This document shows positions 39,316-48,579 of a stretch of 64,000 nt of DNA, one piece after another. The stretch covers positions 24,586-88,585 of the forward strand of contig CAVRZF010000013.1 in assembly GCA_963725715.1 (NCBI GenBank). The letters run 5' to 3'. Both the position numbers and the translations under genes were made by a program. Numbering within the stretch: position 1 is the first letter of the stretch; each line of letters opens with the position of its first letter. This stretch comes from Candidatus Bathyarchaeota archaeon. GTDB taxonomy: Archaea > Thermoproteota > Bathyarchaeia > Bathyarchaeales > Bathycorpusculaceae. The notes under the pieces were generated by a model, which was given only the letters and a program-made list of their open reading frames with translations, had not been told where the DNA came from and did not search any database.

Positions 39316-40068
39316 TTAGGTTGGCTGCCCGTTTTCGGCTTTCTTTAACAGTTTCTCCATCTCTTTTTTGATACTATAGCTAAACGGTATTTTGCCGACT
39401 TCACGCTCAAGATATCCTTCCTCATAGAGCTTCTTCATTAGCCTTGCCGTGTGCTCTCTGCTTAGGTGAACGCGATCTTTAATTTCAGGCGCTGTCTTTG
39501 GACCCTCGGAAGATAGCATTTCAAAAACTGCTATTTCAGTATCAGTTAGTGCAGCCATTGCTTTATCACGCCTAATTGGCATAACGGGTTCTACTTTAAG
39601 CTCTGAGGAGGCGGTGGTAGCTTTCTGGACTTGCTCTCCGAAAGTTGCTACTTGGACCTTTATTACTTCTTGGGAAGCTTCTATGTCTTTTATTTTTGAT
39701 TCCAAATCTGTTAATCCTGATAGAATGGTAGTGATGTTGCGTGTGATGTTTGTTAGGTCTGGCTTGCTTTGCACAAGGACGCTAATTTGCTGCTCAAGCG
39801 GGGCGATTTTTTTTTCTACGCTTTCTATCTTTTTGAGGCTTGAATCGGCTTTGACAGAGTTTTCCTCAACTTTAAACGCGACAATCTCTAATCTGTCAGA
39901 TTCACGCTTAAGTTGCCTGTTGAAACTTAGAACAATATCTTGAACAATGCCCTTGGCTTTATCATACTCCTTCTGAGCCCTGCGTACCTGCCTATAATAC
40001 TCGAGTGAAGCTACTACTGTTGCAGCCAGCAAAACGCTAAAGATTACTGGTATAAAGTCAACCGTGAT
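39316..40068 (-). CDS. Predicted membrane-anchored coiled-coil protein with C-terminal MarR-like wHTH
   Basis: In-frame hydrophobic FIPVIFSVLLAATVVASLEYY followed by RQVRR; ~110-aa heptad region; LTDTEIAVFEML...TAPEIKDRVHLSREHTARLMKKLYEEGYL; ATC start at 40068 (GAGGT 5 nt upstream) or TTG at 40032. Confidence 0.8.
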   Translation of the reverse strand: MTVDFIPVIFSVLLAATVVASLEYYRQVRRAQKEYDKAKGIVQDIVLSFNRQLKRESDRLEIVAFKVEENSVKADSSLKKIESVEKKIAPLEQQISVLVQSKPDLTNITRNITTILSGLTDLESKIKDIEASQEVIKVQVATFGEQVQKATTASSELKVEPVMPIRRDKAMAALTDTEIAVFEMLSSEGPKTAPEIKDRVHLSREHTARLMKKLYEEGYLEREVGKIPFSYSIKKEMEKLLKKAENGQPT

Positions 40069-40366
40069 TCTCTACCTCTGTGATTCCTGCGTGATTTAAT
40101 CGGTTGCATCACACATCACAGTTCCTCATGGACTTTTTAAGGTTTGCGGTAATGTCTGATCATGGTAACTATGATATCACAGGTCACAGTCTTTTCACCC
40201 CCAATTTGCTCTGTCGTGACCATTTTAAAAAGAATTCAAATTTAGGCTTATTTTGCCTTTTACAGCTTGGAACTCAGGTGTGCAAAATGTTTTTTGGCAC
40301 ATCTATTTGTAAGTAAAAACATCATAACTAGGTTGTGATTTGTGACGTCACAACGGCTCCTGTGAT
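40064..40366. repeat. GTGAY/RTCAC motif array I
   Basis: 12 copies (40064, 40080, 40091, 40108, 40115, 40176, 40183, 40216, 40335, 40342, 40347, 40362), including the palindrome TTGTGACGTCACAA. Confidence 0.75.
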
Positions 40367-40827
40367 GGGGTAGAAAGCCGTTTTAGGCTTGTTTCTAGCT
40401 CTTCTCGGATGATTTCTATGACTTTTAGACGGTCTTTAAGTTCCTCTTCCTTGTCGGGGGTGCCCTGGTGGGCTTCCACATATTCGTGCAGTTTATTGGC
40501 TATTTCGAGATACGGGTCAAGAGTTGTGCTCTCAAACACTCCCAAATACCCCAAAAGTAGTACAGTATAGATTGATTTTATAACGTTTTCTTTGGACTGT
40601 TTTAATGTCCTGTTAAAGGCTCCGCGGCTTATTTTAGCCTTTGTTAGCCTTAGGTTGGCTTTTTCATCGTACTTTAGCTGTTTGCCTGAAATACTTTCGG
40701 CTAAAATATCAATTAACAGTGTCTCAAGCTGGGTTTTTGTTAATTGGCTGTTTTTGGCGAGGGTTTTAACAATGGGGTCGTTTAAAGCTCCGTTTAACCA
40801 TGCTTGAACGCCGTCTTTAAGCTTCAA
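40348..40827 (-). CDS. Uncharacterised HTH-type protein
   Basis: SQLTKTQLETLL and ISRGAFNRTLKQSKENV recognition-helix-like segment; C-terminal helices. Confidence 0.75.
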   Translation of the reverse strand: MKLKDGVQAWLNGALNDPIVKTLAKNSQLTKTQLETLLIDILAESISGKQLKYDEKANLRLTKAKISRGAFNRTLKQSKENVIKSIYTVLLLGYLGVFESTTLDPYLEIANKLHEYVEAHQGTPDKEEELKDRLKVIEIIREELETSLKRLSTPSQEPL

Positions 40828-41214
40828 ATCGGTCGGTTCTCCGTTATACTGGATGGATACAGTTTTGTATACTTAACCCAAGTTTTTAAGCCTTGTCCAA
40901 GCGAATTTGAGACCTTGACAGGCATCAACAACGTCTTATCAGCGCTTAGAATTGACAAACGGATTCAATTCCGCCCTATTTTTGACTTTAAATCATGAAA
41001 ACATCAGTTAACACACAGCTATCAAAAGCATTGAATGGCTATCTATAGCATTCGTATGAATTTTACATAAAAATTGTAACTTTAGCTATATTTTTTACTA
41101 CTTTTTACCTTCTTCTGCGTCTAACCTCTCATCCTATCGGTTGAAACACACTTTTCCTGCAAATACAGTGCAATTAACATGAACCAAAAACTTTAAGTCC
41201 CCGGAACTCTTGCG

Positions 41215-41328
41215 TTGTGACGTCACTTATCACGGAAGAATCACTGAAATTCAACGTGACAAACCTTGATATCACAGCGCGTGATTGGTTTGTGATGCCT
41301 ATGTGATGCAGATCCTCCATAAAGTGAT
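41215..41328. repeat. GTGAY/RTCAC motif array II
   Basis: 10 copies in ~115 bp, three spaced exactly 11 bp (41281, 41292, 41303); shares TTGTGACGTCAC and TGATATCACAG with array I. Confidence 0.8.
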
Positions 41329-41330
41329 AT

Positions 41331-42167
41331 TCAGAGCTTTTCAGAGTATTCTTTTAGCTTATCAAAGAGTTCAGGCCGCAAATCCCTAAGCGTTGGAATG
41401 ACTGTTTCAGCAGTCCTAAGGTCGCTAAAGTCCACCTCGCAGATGACGAAATCCTCTTCATCATACTTTGCCTTGGCGACAATATCGCCATTTGGGCTAA
41501 CCAGCCTGCTTCCTCCCCAGAACTGCAAGCCATCCTGAACCCCAGCAAGGTTAACATAAGCTACATAGGCTGTGTTTTCTATAGCTCTTGCACAAGTTAA
41601 AGTTTCAAAGTAGCTCCTGCGAACAGCTGGCGATGCTGATATACAAACGATTAATTGTGCGCCACTCAAACGTACAAGCCTAATGACTTCTGGGAAGAAA
41701 ATGTCATAGCAAATGCATAAGCCGATGTTTCCCAAGCCTGTTTGGAACGCCGTTGGCTCGTATCCTGGACGGAAATACCTTTTCTCCTCAAAAACGCTAT
41801 GAGTTGGCAAATACATTTTGCGGTATTTTCCAATGAACCCTTGTGGACCAACAAAGACAGCTGTGTTAAAGATTGTCGCTTGGGTTTTCTCGCTTAGTTC
41901 AGGCATGCCAAAAATAATATGCATTCCTGTCTTCTTCGCCAAAGTCTCTACTTTCTCAACGGTTGGTCCGGGGACGGTCTCTGCCAATTCGTAGAATTGG
42001 TCTCTAACGACGTAACCGGTTAATGACATCTCTGGAAAGATCGCTAAGTCTGCCCCTTCCTCTTTGGCTTTTAATGTTAGTTCCTTGATTTTTTGTAGGT
42101 TTGCTTCTTTGTCTTCTCGTTTGCTACTGATTTGGGCAAGGGCAAGTCTGATTTTATCTTTCATCAC
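41331..42167 (-). CDS. Carbon-nitrogen hydrolase (nitrilase family)
   Basis: FPEMSLTGY, YRKMYL and ICYD give the Glu-Lys-Cys triad. Confidence 0.9.
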   Translation of the reverse strand: MMKDKIRLALAQISSKREDKEANLQKIKELTLKAKEEGADLAIFPEMSLTGYVVRDQFYELAETVPGPTVEKVETLAKKTGMHIIFGMPELSEKTQATIFNTAVFVGPQGFIGKYRKMYLPTHSVFEEKRYFRPGYEPTAFQTGLGNIGLCICYDIFFPEVIRLVRLSGAQLIVCISASPAVRRSYFETLTCARAIENTAYVAYVNLAGVQDGLQFWGGSRLVSPNGDIVAKAKYDEEDFVICEVDFSDLRTAETVIPTLRDLRPELFDKLKEYSEKL

Positions 42168-42177
42168 TTTGCACTTC

Positions 42178-43020
42178 TTAATAGGTGTGTCTTGGAAGCC
42201 TAAAATCGTTTCCTACAGTTCTATAGCCAATTTTAGGAGCTATTGGCATTCTTCTCTTGTGCTCGTTTGCAAGCCACCTGCTTTTAACCGCGTCAACAAT
42301 GGCTTTTTGGATGCTCAGCTGCTCTGCAATTTCCTCAGTTGTCATGAACCTCTCCAAGCCAGAGAGGATAAGATCTAAGGTTTCATATCGAATTCCGATC
42401 TCATTTTCAGCAGTTTGGTTAGGCCAAAGAGCAGGAGTTGAGGGCTTTGATGCAAGCTCCTGTGGAATTCCTAAGTGAACTGCGAGTTTGCGAACCTGTG
42501 TTTTGTACAGGTCCATTATAGGTGCTATGTCGGCTGCGGCGTCTCCCCATTTGGTAAAGTAGCCCATCATCGTCTCTGACTTATCTGAGCTGCCGCAAAC
42601 AATTTTGTTCTGTTTGTTTGCGTAGTAGTAGAGGTAGATCATTCTTGTTCTTGCTTTTACGTTGCCTTTACAAAGTTTGTCTTTGGGATCAAACACTGGT
42701 ACGGCCTTGTAGAAGTAATCAAGAACTTGTGACATGTCACAGATTTGAGTTTTTATCTTAAATAAGTCCGCAACCGCCTGGGCGTCGTCTATATCTTTTT
42801 GGCTGAAGTTTTCTTCTTCAGGAAGCATAATCCCAAGGACATTGTCTGCGCCTATTGCATGGCTTGAAAGCCCCGCAATCGTGCCGCTGTCGATTCCTCC
42901 TGACAGGCCGAGGACTATTCCTTTTGCTCCTGCGTTTTGCACGTATTCTTTTATGAAGCGGCAGATTCTTTTTTCGATTTCAGAAAAATCAAATTCCAGT
43001 AGAGAAGGCGTTAATTTCAC
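42178..43020 (-). CDS. nadE: NH3-dependent NAD+ synthetase
   Basis: GLSGGIDS, NVKARTRM, GYFTKWGD, LYKTQV and HKR motifs. Confidence 0.94.
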   Translation of the reverse strand: MKLTPSLLEFDFSEIEKRICRFIKEYVQNAGAKGIVLGLSGGIDSGTIAGLSSHAIGADNVLGIMLPEEENFSQKDIDDAQAVADLFKIKTQICDMSQVLDYFYKAVPVFDPKDKLCKGNVKARTRMIYLYYYANKQNKIVCGSSDKSETMMGYFTKWGDAAADIAPIMDLYKTQVRKLAVHLGIPQELASKPSTPALWPNQTAENEIGIRYETLDLILSGLERFMTTEEIAEQLSIQKAIVDAVKSRWLANEHKRRMPIAPKIGYRTVGNDFRLPRHTY

Positions 43021-43121
43021 TTTTATTCACGCAGCTTGGATATTCTTGACTTGTAGGCAAGTATTTAAGGACAAGGATAAATATTATTGGTTCATTACCA
43101 TCGATTTAGAGGCTGTTATAG

Positions 43122-43391
43122 TTGGGGCGAAGAAGGAAAAAAGTAGTTCATATACCAAAGAAACGTTTGCCAAAATTCTTCTCTTGCCCAAGATGTGGAA
43201 AAGAAACAGTTAGAGTTGAAATCTTTAGAGAAGAAGGTGGACACGCCATTGCACAATGCAGCAGTTGTGGTCTCAAGGAAGAATTCCCAATAAGACCAGC
43301 ACAGGGTGAAGTTGACGTTTACTGTATGTTAACTGACCGCGTTTACGGCACGACAAAAAGAACACCGGTAGCAAACGTTAAAAAAGAATAA
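43122..43391 (+). CDS. elf1: Transcription elongation factor Elf1-like zinc ribbon protein
   Basis: MGRRRKK...LPKFFSCPRCG...CSSCG...VDVY. Confidence 0.85.
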   Translation: MGRRRKKVVHIPKKRLPKFFSCPRCGKETVRVEIFREEGGHAIAQCSSCGLKEEFPIRPAQGEVDVYCMLTDRVYGTTKRTPVANVKKE

Positions 43392-43406
43392 TTGAAGGAT
43401 TACTGC

Positions 43407-44159
43407 ATGCTAGGGCCTACTGAGAAGTATTTGCTCGAAAGAATAAAGAATGATGGTTCAATCCACATAACGCTGATAGACCCAGAAAAAGTGACCGCTT
43501 CTGGCGCCTCCAAAATTGCTGTGAACTCTCAAAACAGCGGAACAGCAGCCATAATGATCGGAGGTTCAACTTTTGCTTCTCAGGCTCACCTTGACGAAGT
43601 TGTTAAGGCCATCAAGGAATCGGTGAAAATTCCCACGATCCTTTTTCCCAACAATGTGACAGGCATAAGCAGCCATGCAGACGCCATTTGGTTTATGTCA
43701 CTTCTAAACTCAGTTGATCCTTACTTTCTTATGGGCGCTCAAATTCTTGGAGCTCCACTTGTCAAGAAATACGGTTTAGAACCCATATCCATGGGATATA
43801 TTATCGTTGGCGATGGGGGCACCGCTGGCATTGTAGGCAAAGCAATTTCTGTGCCCTATAACAAGCCTGAACTTGCGGCGGCTCATGCACTTGCTGGTCA
43901 ATATTTGGGTATGCGTTTTATTTATCTTGAAGGCGGTTCTGGAGCAAAAACTCCTGTGCCCCCAGAAATGATTAGTGCAGTAAAACAACTCATTGATATC
44001 CCTCTAATTGTTGGAGGCGGAATAAGAAGTAAAGAGCAGGCTATAGCTGCCGCTTCCGCTGGAGCAGACATAATAGTAACCGGAAATCTTACTGAGTCAG
44101 TTGATGCGAAGCAAAGGATTTCTGAAGTGATCAGCGCAATCAAAGGCATAAAGGTTTAA
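43407..44159 (+). CDS. Geranylgeranylglyceryl phosphate synthase
   Basis: TLIDPEK, MIGGS, YLEGGSGA and VGGGIRS motifs. Confidence 0.92.
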   Translation: MLGPTEKYLLERIKNDGSIHITLIDPEKVTASGASKIAVNSQNSGTAAIMIGGSTFASQAHLDEVVKAIKESVKIPTILFPNNVTGISSHADAIWFMSLLNSVDPYFLMGAQILGAPLVKKYGLEPISMGYIIVGDGGTAGIVGKAISVPYNKPELAAAHALAGQYLGMRFIYLEGGSGAKTPVPPEMISAVKQLIDIPLIVGGGIRSKEQAIAAASAGADIIVTGNLTESVDAKQRISEVISAIKGIKV

Positions 44160-44247
44160 CGCTACAAGTAGCTCGTGACTTTCTTATCTATTTTTTAGAA
44201 AGCCAAAATAACCCTTAACATCATATCTTGACAAGGGAAGCGGCGCT

Positions 44248-47200
44248 TTGAGTATCAGTAAAGGCTATCGCAATTACATCGAAACATTGGATAATGAGCT
44301 TAAACGTTTGTATACGATTAGCGACAGCGCCAGATCAGTGGGTCTTGACCCCGCGCTTAAAACAGAATGCATTATTGCGCAAGATATTGCTGACTTAGTA
44401 GAGGGCCTGGTGGGCCCTAAAGGGGTAGCTCTTAGCATCAGGGATTTGAGCAGCAAAATACAACGTGAAGAGATAGCCTTCAAGGTTGCAGAGGAAATTG
44501 TCTTGGGCAAATTCGGCACCCTAGACCCTGAAAAAGCAGCAGAACAAGCAATTCGCACTGCCCTAGCAATTTTCACTGAAGGCTTAACCGCAGCGCCTAT
44601 ACAGGGTATCGCTCAAGTCAAAATTAAAACAAACGCTGACAGATCTCGGTATTTAGGGATTTATTTTGCTGGTCCAATTCGTTCGGCAGGCGGAACTGAT
44701 CAGGCGTTAACTTTGGTTGTTGGCGATTTTGTGCGCAGCCGATTAGGGCTTGATAGGTATAAGCCGACAGAGGAAGAGGTTTCTCGTTTCGTGGAAGAGT
44801 TACGATTGTACGAGCGGTCGGTTGGACGTTTTCAGTATCACATTCCTGATAATGAGTTAAAGAAAGCACTTAACTTGATTCCGGTTGAATGCACGGGCAC
44901 CGAATCCGACCCAGTGGAAGTGTCGTCGTACAGAAACCTGCCAAGGGTAGAAACTAACCGTGTCCGAGGCGGTGCTCTTAGGGTAGTTAACGATGGCATT
45001 GTGGGACGAGCACAAAAAGTCTACGTTATCATTGACAAGATAGGGTTCCAAGGGTGGGACTGGCTAAAGGAATTCAAAAAGAAATCCGAAAAAAAATCAG
45101 GCGGCTTTATGGATGATGTCATAGCAGGTCGCCCAATTTTCGCTTTTCCTTCACGACGAGGAGGATTCAGGTTAAGGTACGGAAGATCTAGAAACACAGG
45201 TCTTTCAGCGGTGGGCATTCACCCTGCGACAATGCTTGTGCTTGAAAGTTTTCTTGCAGCTGGGACCCAGATGCGTTTGGAGCTTCCTGGTAAAGGCTGT
45301 GTTACTCTGCCAGTCGACGCCATTGAGCCTCCTGTGGTTTTGCTTAAGGATAACTCGGTGGTCCGGGTAACGCAGGAAAATTTTGATGAAGTTAAGGGTA
45401 AAGTGCAAAAAATCCTTTTTTTAGGAGACATTCTCATCAGCTTTGGAGATTTCCTTTACTCCAACAAAACGCTTCTTCCTTCGGGCTATGTTGAGGAATG
45501 GTGGGCCAAAGACCTGCAAATGATTCTCAAACAAAAATTCGCTTCAGATTATGCTAAAGTAGCAGAAACTGCTCAAGTTCCTATGGAGAGACTTAGAGGT
45601 TTTTTGGTTGATCCTTTCTGCAATAAGCCCACAGTTAGAGAGGCAATTCTTCTTAGCTTGCATTTGGGTGTGCCTTTGCACCCGAGTGCTCTCTTCTTTT
45701 GGTCAAGCTTAACTGGCGTTCCAGAAGTCGAGCTACTTAGAACGTGGTTGTCGTCTTGTGAAGTTTCCTTTGAGGATGGTGTTGTATGCATGATTTCAGG
45801 GGAAGCTAACGAAGAGACTGTAAAGATACTGAGACGAATCCTAGCCCCTCATAAGATTGTTGATAACAAGGTTGTGCTTGGGGGTCAAGACGCTTCTGCT
45901 TTAGCGTTCTGTCTTGGATATGGCAATGCAAAAACCGTTTGTACAAGCCAGACGGGCAGTGTGTTTGAGGCTCTCAGTCTTCTTTGTGGTTTGCAGATTA
46001 AAGACAAAGCCCCCACTTATGTCGGTGGACGTATGGGTCGTCCTGAGAAGGCCAAGAAGCGTGACATGCGGCCTCCTGTTCATGTTTTGTTTCCGGTAAG
46101 CCTTGCGGGTGGTACGCATAGGGATCTTTTAGAAGCGGCAAAGAAGGGACCTGTGTTTGTTGAAATGGTTAAGCGGAAATGTCCTGATTGCAAAAGCTAC
46201 ACGCTACGAGTAAAATGCGCCAACTGTGGCTGCGAAACAGTGCCTGAAAAAAGCTGCCCCCGCTGTGGCAAACCCCTTAAAGAAAACTATTGTCCAACCT
46301 GCCACACTGACGCCATTCAGTACCAGCGTCAGCCAGTCAACTTCAAAGAAGCCGTTGAAGATGCCTGTAAGCAACTCAATTATCAGGCTCCTAAAATGCT
46401 AAGAGGAGTCAAAGGCTTAACCAACCTAGACAAGACACCTGAAATTATCCAGAAAGGCATCTTGAGGGCAAAATATGACTTATCAGTTTACAAAGATGGA
46501 ACAATTCGCTTTGACGCAACAAACGCTCCACTAACACATTTTACCCCTGCAGAAGTTGGAGTATCTGTAGAAAAGATTAGGCATCTTGGCTACCTATATG
46601 ATAACCATGGCGTCGAATTAACTGAACCGAATCAGGTTTGCGAGCTTAAAATTCAGGATATTGTGATTCCCTGGAGGGCAGGGGATTACTTTATTCAAAT
46701 AGCCGCTTTCATTGATGATTTACTGGCTAGAGTTTACAAGCTTCCAGCTTACTATAAAGTTAAAAAAACCGGGGATCTTGTCGGACACTTGGTTTTTGGT
46801 TTGGCGCCTCACACCTGCGCTTGCATTTTGGGGCGGATAGTTGGTTATACTGACCGCAATGTGATTTATGCCCATCCCATTTGGCACTCAGCCAAACGCC
46901 GAGACTGCGACGGCGACGAGGATGCTATCATGCTAGGGTTAGATACGCTTCTTAATTTCTCGCGCATCTATTTGCCTGCACAGATAGGCGGAATTATGGA
47001 TGCTCCCATATTGCTTATTCCCTTTGTTAACACTAAGGAAGTCCAAAGACAAGCCCACGATTTTGACGTGGACGCGACTTATCCGCTCGAACTTTACCAA
47101 AAATCCTGGAATAAAGGAGAAGCTCGAACGGTGAGCTCAATCATGGATGTTATCAGCCATAGGCTTGGAACCGAGGCGCAGTTTGAAGGCTTCCAATACA

Positions 47201-47658
47201 CGACTCCCGTGACAAACATCAATCTTGGAAACGCAAATAGTGCCTACAAGGAATTCAAGTCAATGGCAGATAAACTCAACATGCAACTAGAATTAGGGTC
47301 AAGAATTGACGCCGTTGACGTTAAGAGAGTGGCGCTAAAAGTGTTGACGACACACCTAATCAGAGACATAGCTGGCAACTTGCGTGCTTTCTCAACACAA
47401 TCGTTTAGGTGCAAATCATGCAACAAAAAGTTCCGGCGACTGCCACTCAAAGGCAAATGCTCCTTCTGCGGCGGAAAGTTAACTCTTACCGTTTATCAGG
47501 GCAACATAGAAAAATACTTAGTTGCTGCACAGCAACTCGTTGACAAGTACGGGCTACCAACCTACTACACGCAGCGCATGGTGCTAATAAAAGAGGAAAT
47601 AGCTTCCATGTTTGATAACAAAAAGCCGAAACAGGCGACGCTTTTTGATTTCAAGTAA
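44248..47658 (+). CDS. polC: DNA polymerase D large subunit DP2 (no intein seen)
   Basis: FAGPIRSAGGT, FRLRYGRSRNTG, RMGRPEK, AKRRDCDGDED and GGIMDAP motifs; zinc fingers. Confidence 0.96.
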   Translation: MSISKGYRNYIETLDNELKRLYTISDSARSVGLDPALKTECIIAQDIADLVEGLVGPKGVALSIRDLSSKIQREEIAFKVAEEIVLGKFGTLDPEKAAEQAIRTALAIFTEGLTAAPIQGIAQVKIKTNADRSRYLGIYFAGPIRSAGGTDQALTLVVGDFVRSRLGLDRYKPTEEEVSRFVEELRLYERSVGRFQYHIPDNELKKALNLIPVECTGTESDPVEVSSYRNLPRVETNRVRGGALRVVNDGIVGRAQKVYVIIDKIGFQGWDWLKEFKKKSEKKSGGFMDDVIAGRPIFAFPSRRGGFRLRYGRSRNTGLSAVGIHPATMLVLESFLAAGTQMRLELPGKGCVTLPVDAIEPPVVLLKDNSVVRVTQENFDEVKGKVQKILFLGDILISFGDFLYSNKTLLPSGYVEEWWAKDLQMILKQKFASDYAKVAETAQVPMERLRGFLVDPFCNKPTVREAILLSLHLGVPLHPSALFFWSSLTGVPEVELLRTWLSSCEVSFEDGVVCMISGEANEETVKILRRILAPHKIVDNKVVLGGQDASALAFCLGYGNAKTVCTSQTGSVFEALSLLCGLQIKDKAPTYVGGRMGRPEKAKKRDMRPPVHVLFPVSLAGGTHRDLLEAAKKGPVFVEMVKRKCPDCKSYTLRVKCANCGCETVPEKSCPRCGKPLKENYCPTCHTDAIQYQRQPVNFKEAVEDACKQLNYQAPKMLRGVKGLTNLDKTPEIIQKGILRAKYDLSVYKDGTIRFDATNAPLTHFTPAEVGVSVEKIRHLGYLYDNHGVELTEPNQVCELKIQDIVIPWRAGDYFIQIAAFIDDLLARVYKLPAYYKVKKTGDLVGHLVFGLAPHTCACILGRIVGYTDRNVIYAHPIWHSAKRRDCDGDEDAIMLGLDTLLNFSRIYLPAQIGGIMDAPILLIPFVNTKEVQRQAHDFDVDATYPLELYQKSWNKGEARTVSSIMDVISHRLGTEAQFEGFQYTTPVTNINLGNANSAYKEFKSMADKLNMQLELGSRIDAVDVKRVALKVLTTHLIRDIAGNLRAFSTQSFRCKSCNKKFRRLPLKGKCSFCGGKLTLTVYQGNIEKYLVAAQQLVDKYGLPTYYTQRMVLIKEEIASMFDNKKPKQATLFDFK

Positions 47659-47707
47659 CCTAAAGCTTAACAATACAAACCACGTGTCTATCTAATGGTG
47701 AAAAACC

Positions 47708-47972
47708 ATTAAGGCCTCTTTGCATCCCAACGCTTGCCTGAAAAACATCCGAAACGTACAAAGCGGCATTAAAGCCCGAAGCAAAATACTGCAAGCACTC
47801 AGACAAGACCCCTTCCACGGCGCGGAGAATTGCAGAGGAAGCTGGCTTATCTTATGGTGTTGTTATGCATCATCTACGGCTTTTACAAAACGAGGATATA
47901 GTTAACCGCAAGGGAGGACGCCCATCTTGTTGGGTGTCTACGGGGTATGGGCAGAAAAGTCTCGAATCCTAG
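47708..47972 (+). pseudogene. Small ArsR-like wHTH protein, +1 frameshift near 47812 (probable ATT start)
   Basis: KASLHPNACLKNIRN...KILQAL then, in the shifted frame, STARRIAEEAGLSYGVVMHHLRLLQNEDIV; GGTGA 6 nt before ATT. Confidence 0.7.
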
Positions 47973-48262
47973 AAAGTGCATTGACATGGTGACTTTTGGC
48001 ATTTTGGGCATTTGTAATTGTACTTGTTGATGGCTGCCTTTTCAAGGTCAATTCCCATAATGTTTGCCAGCGAGCTAAGCCATGCAATCACATCAGCAAA
48101 CTCCTTCTCCATAGCCTCCCTATCTAATGGTGCTTTCTGTAATTCTTGCCCTAACTCTTCAACCTCATCAACAAGCCAATTGTAAGTTCCTTCTACCCCG
48201 CGGTCGGAATCCCGCTGGAAATACAGGCGGCACATCATTTCCTGAAATTCATGGATTTCCAT
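47969..48262 (-). CDS. MazG-like nucleotide pyrophosphohydrolase
   Basis: WLVDEVEEL...EKEFADVIAWLSSLAN; C-terminal CPKC..PCQC. Confidence 0.88.
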   Translation of the reverse strand: MEIHEFQEMMCRLYFQRDSDRGVEGTYNWLVDEVEELGQELQKAPLDREAMEKEFADVIAWLSSLANIMGIDLEKAAINKYNYKCPKCQKSPCQCTF

Positions 48263-48400
48263 TTTTCCACCGATTTATGATAATTGTTGCCTGGTTTATT
48301 TTAAACATTGTTAGGTGTTATCTGAAAGAGTTCCACTTTTTTTGTTAGTGCGCAACATTAATTAAAAACATGCAATACATTGAGGAGAATAGGGATAACA

Positions 48401-48571
48401 GTGGCTACTAGAAGAAAAAAGAAAGATACAGGTCCAATGCCTGCCGCAAGCGCGGGTTTGCTTAGATTCTTTGAGGAAGAAACCGAAGGAATTAAAATCA
48501 GACCTGAACTGCTAGTGGTTTTTTCAGTCTCTTTAATAGTTATTTCGGTTTTAGCAAAAGTATTCTTCTAA
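48401..48571 (+). CDS. secG: Preprotein translocase subunit Sec61beta
   Basis: SAGLLRFFEEE...IKIRP followed by one TM helix. Confidence 0.9.
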   Translation: MATRRKKKDTGPMPAASAGLLRFFEEETEGIKIRPELLVVFSVSLIVISVLAKVFF

Positions 48572-48579
48572 ATGCTACT

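Noticed and set aside
40104-40316. 70-aa ORF in array I (and the ORFs at 38561-38767 and 40804-40998)
   Set aside because: They lie over origin or repeat DNA, have no SD or motif support, and have atypical composition.
40064-41328. CRISPR array or simple tandem repeat
   Set aside because: Repeats are 5-12 bp in both orientations without unique spacers of constant length, and there are no cas genes in the window.
44248-47658. Inteins in DP2 or Cdc6
   Set aside because: Lengths are normal, conserved motifs are contiguous, and no intein splice motifs are seen.
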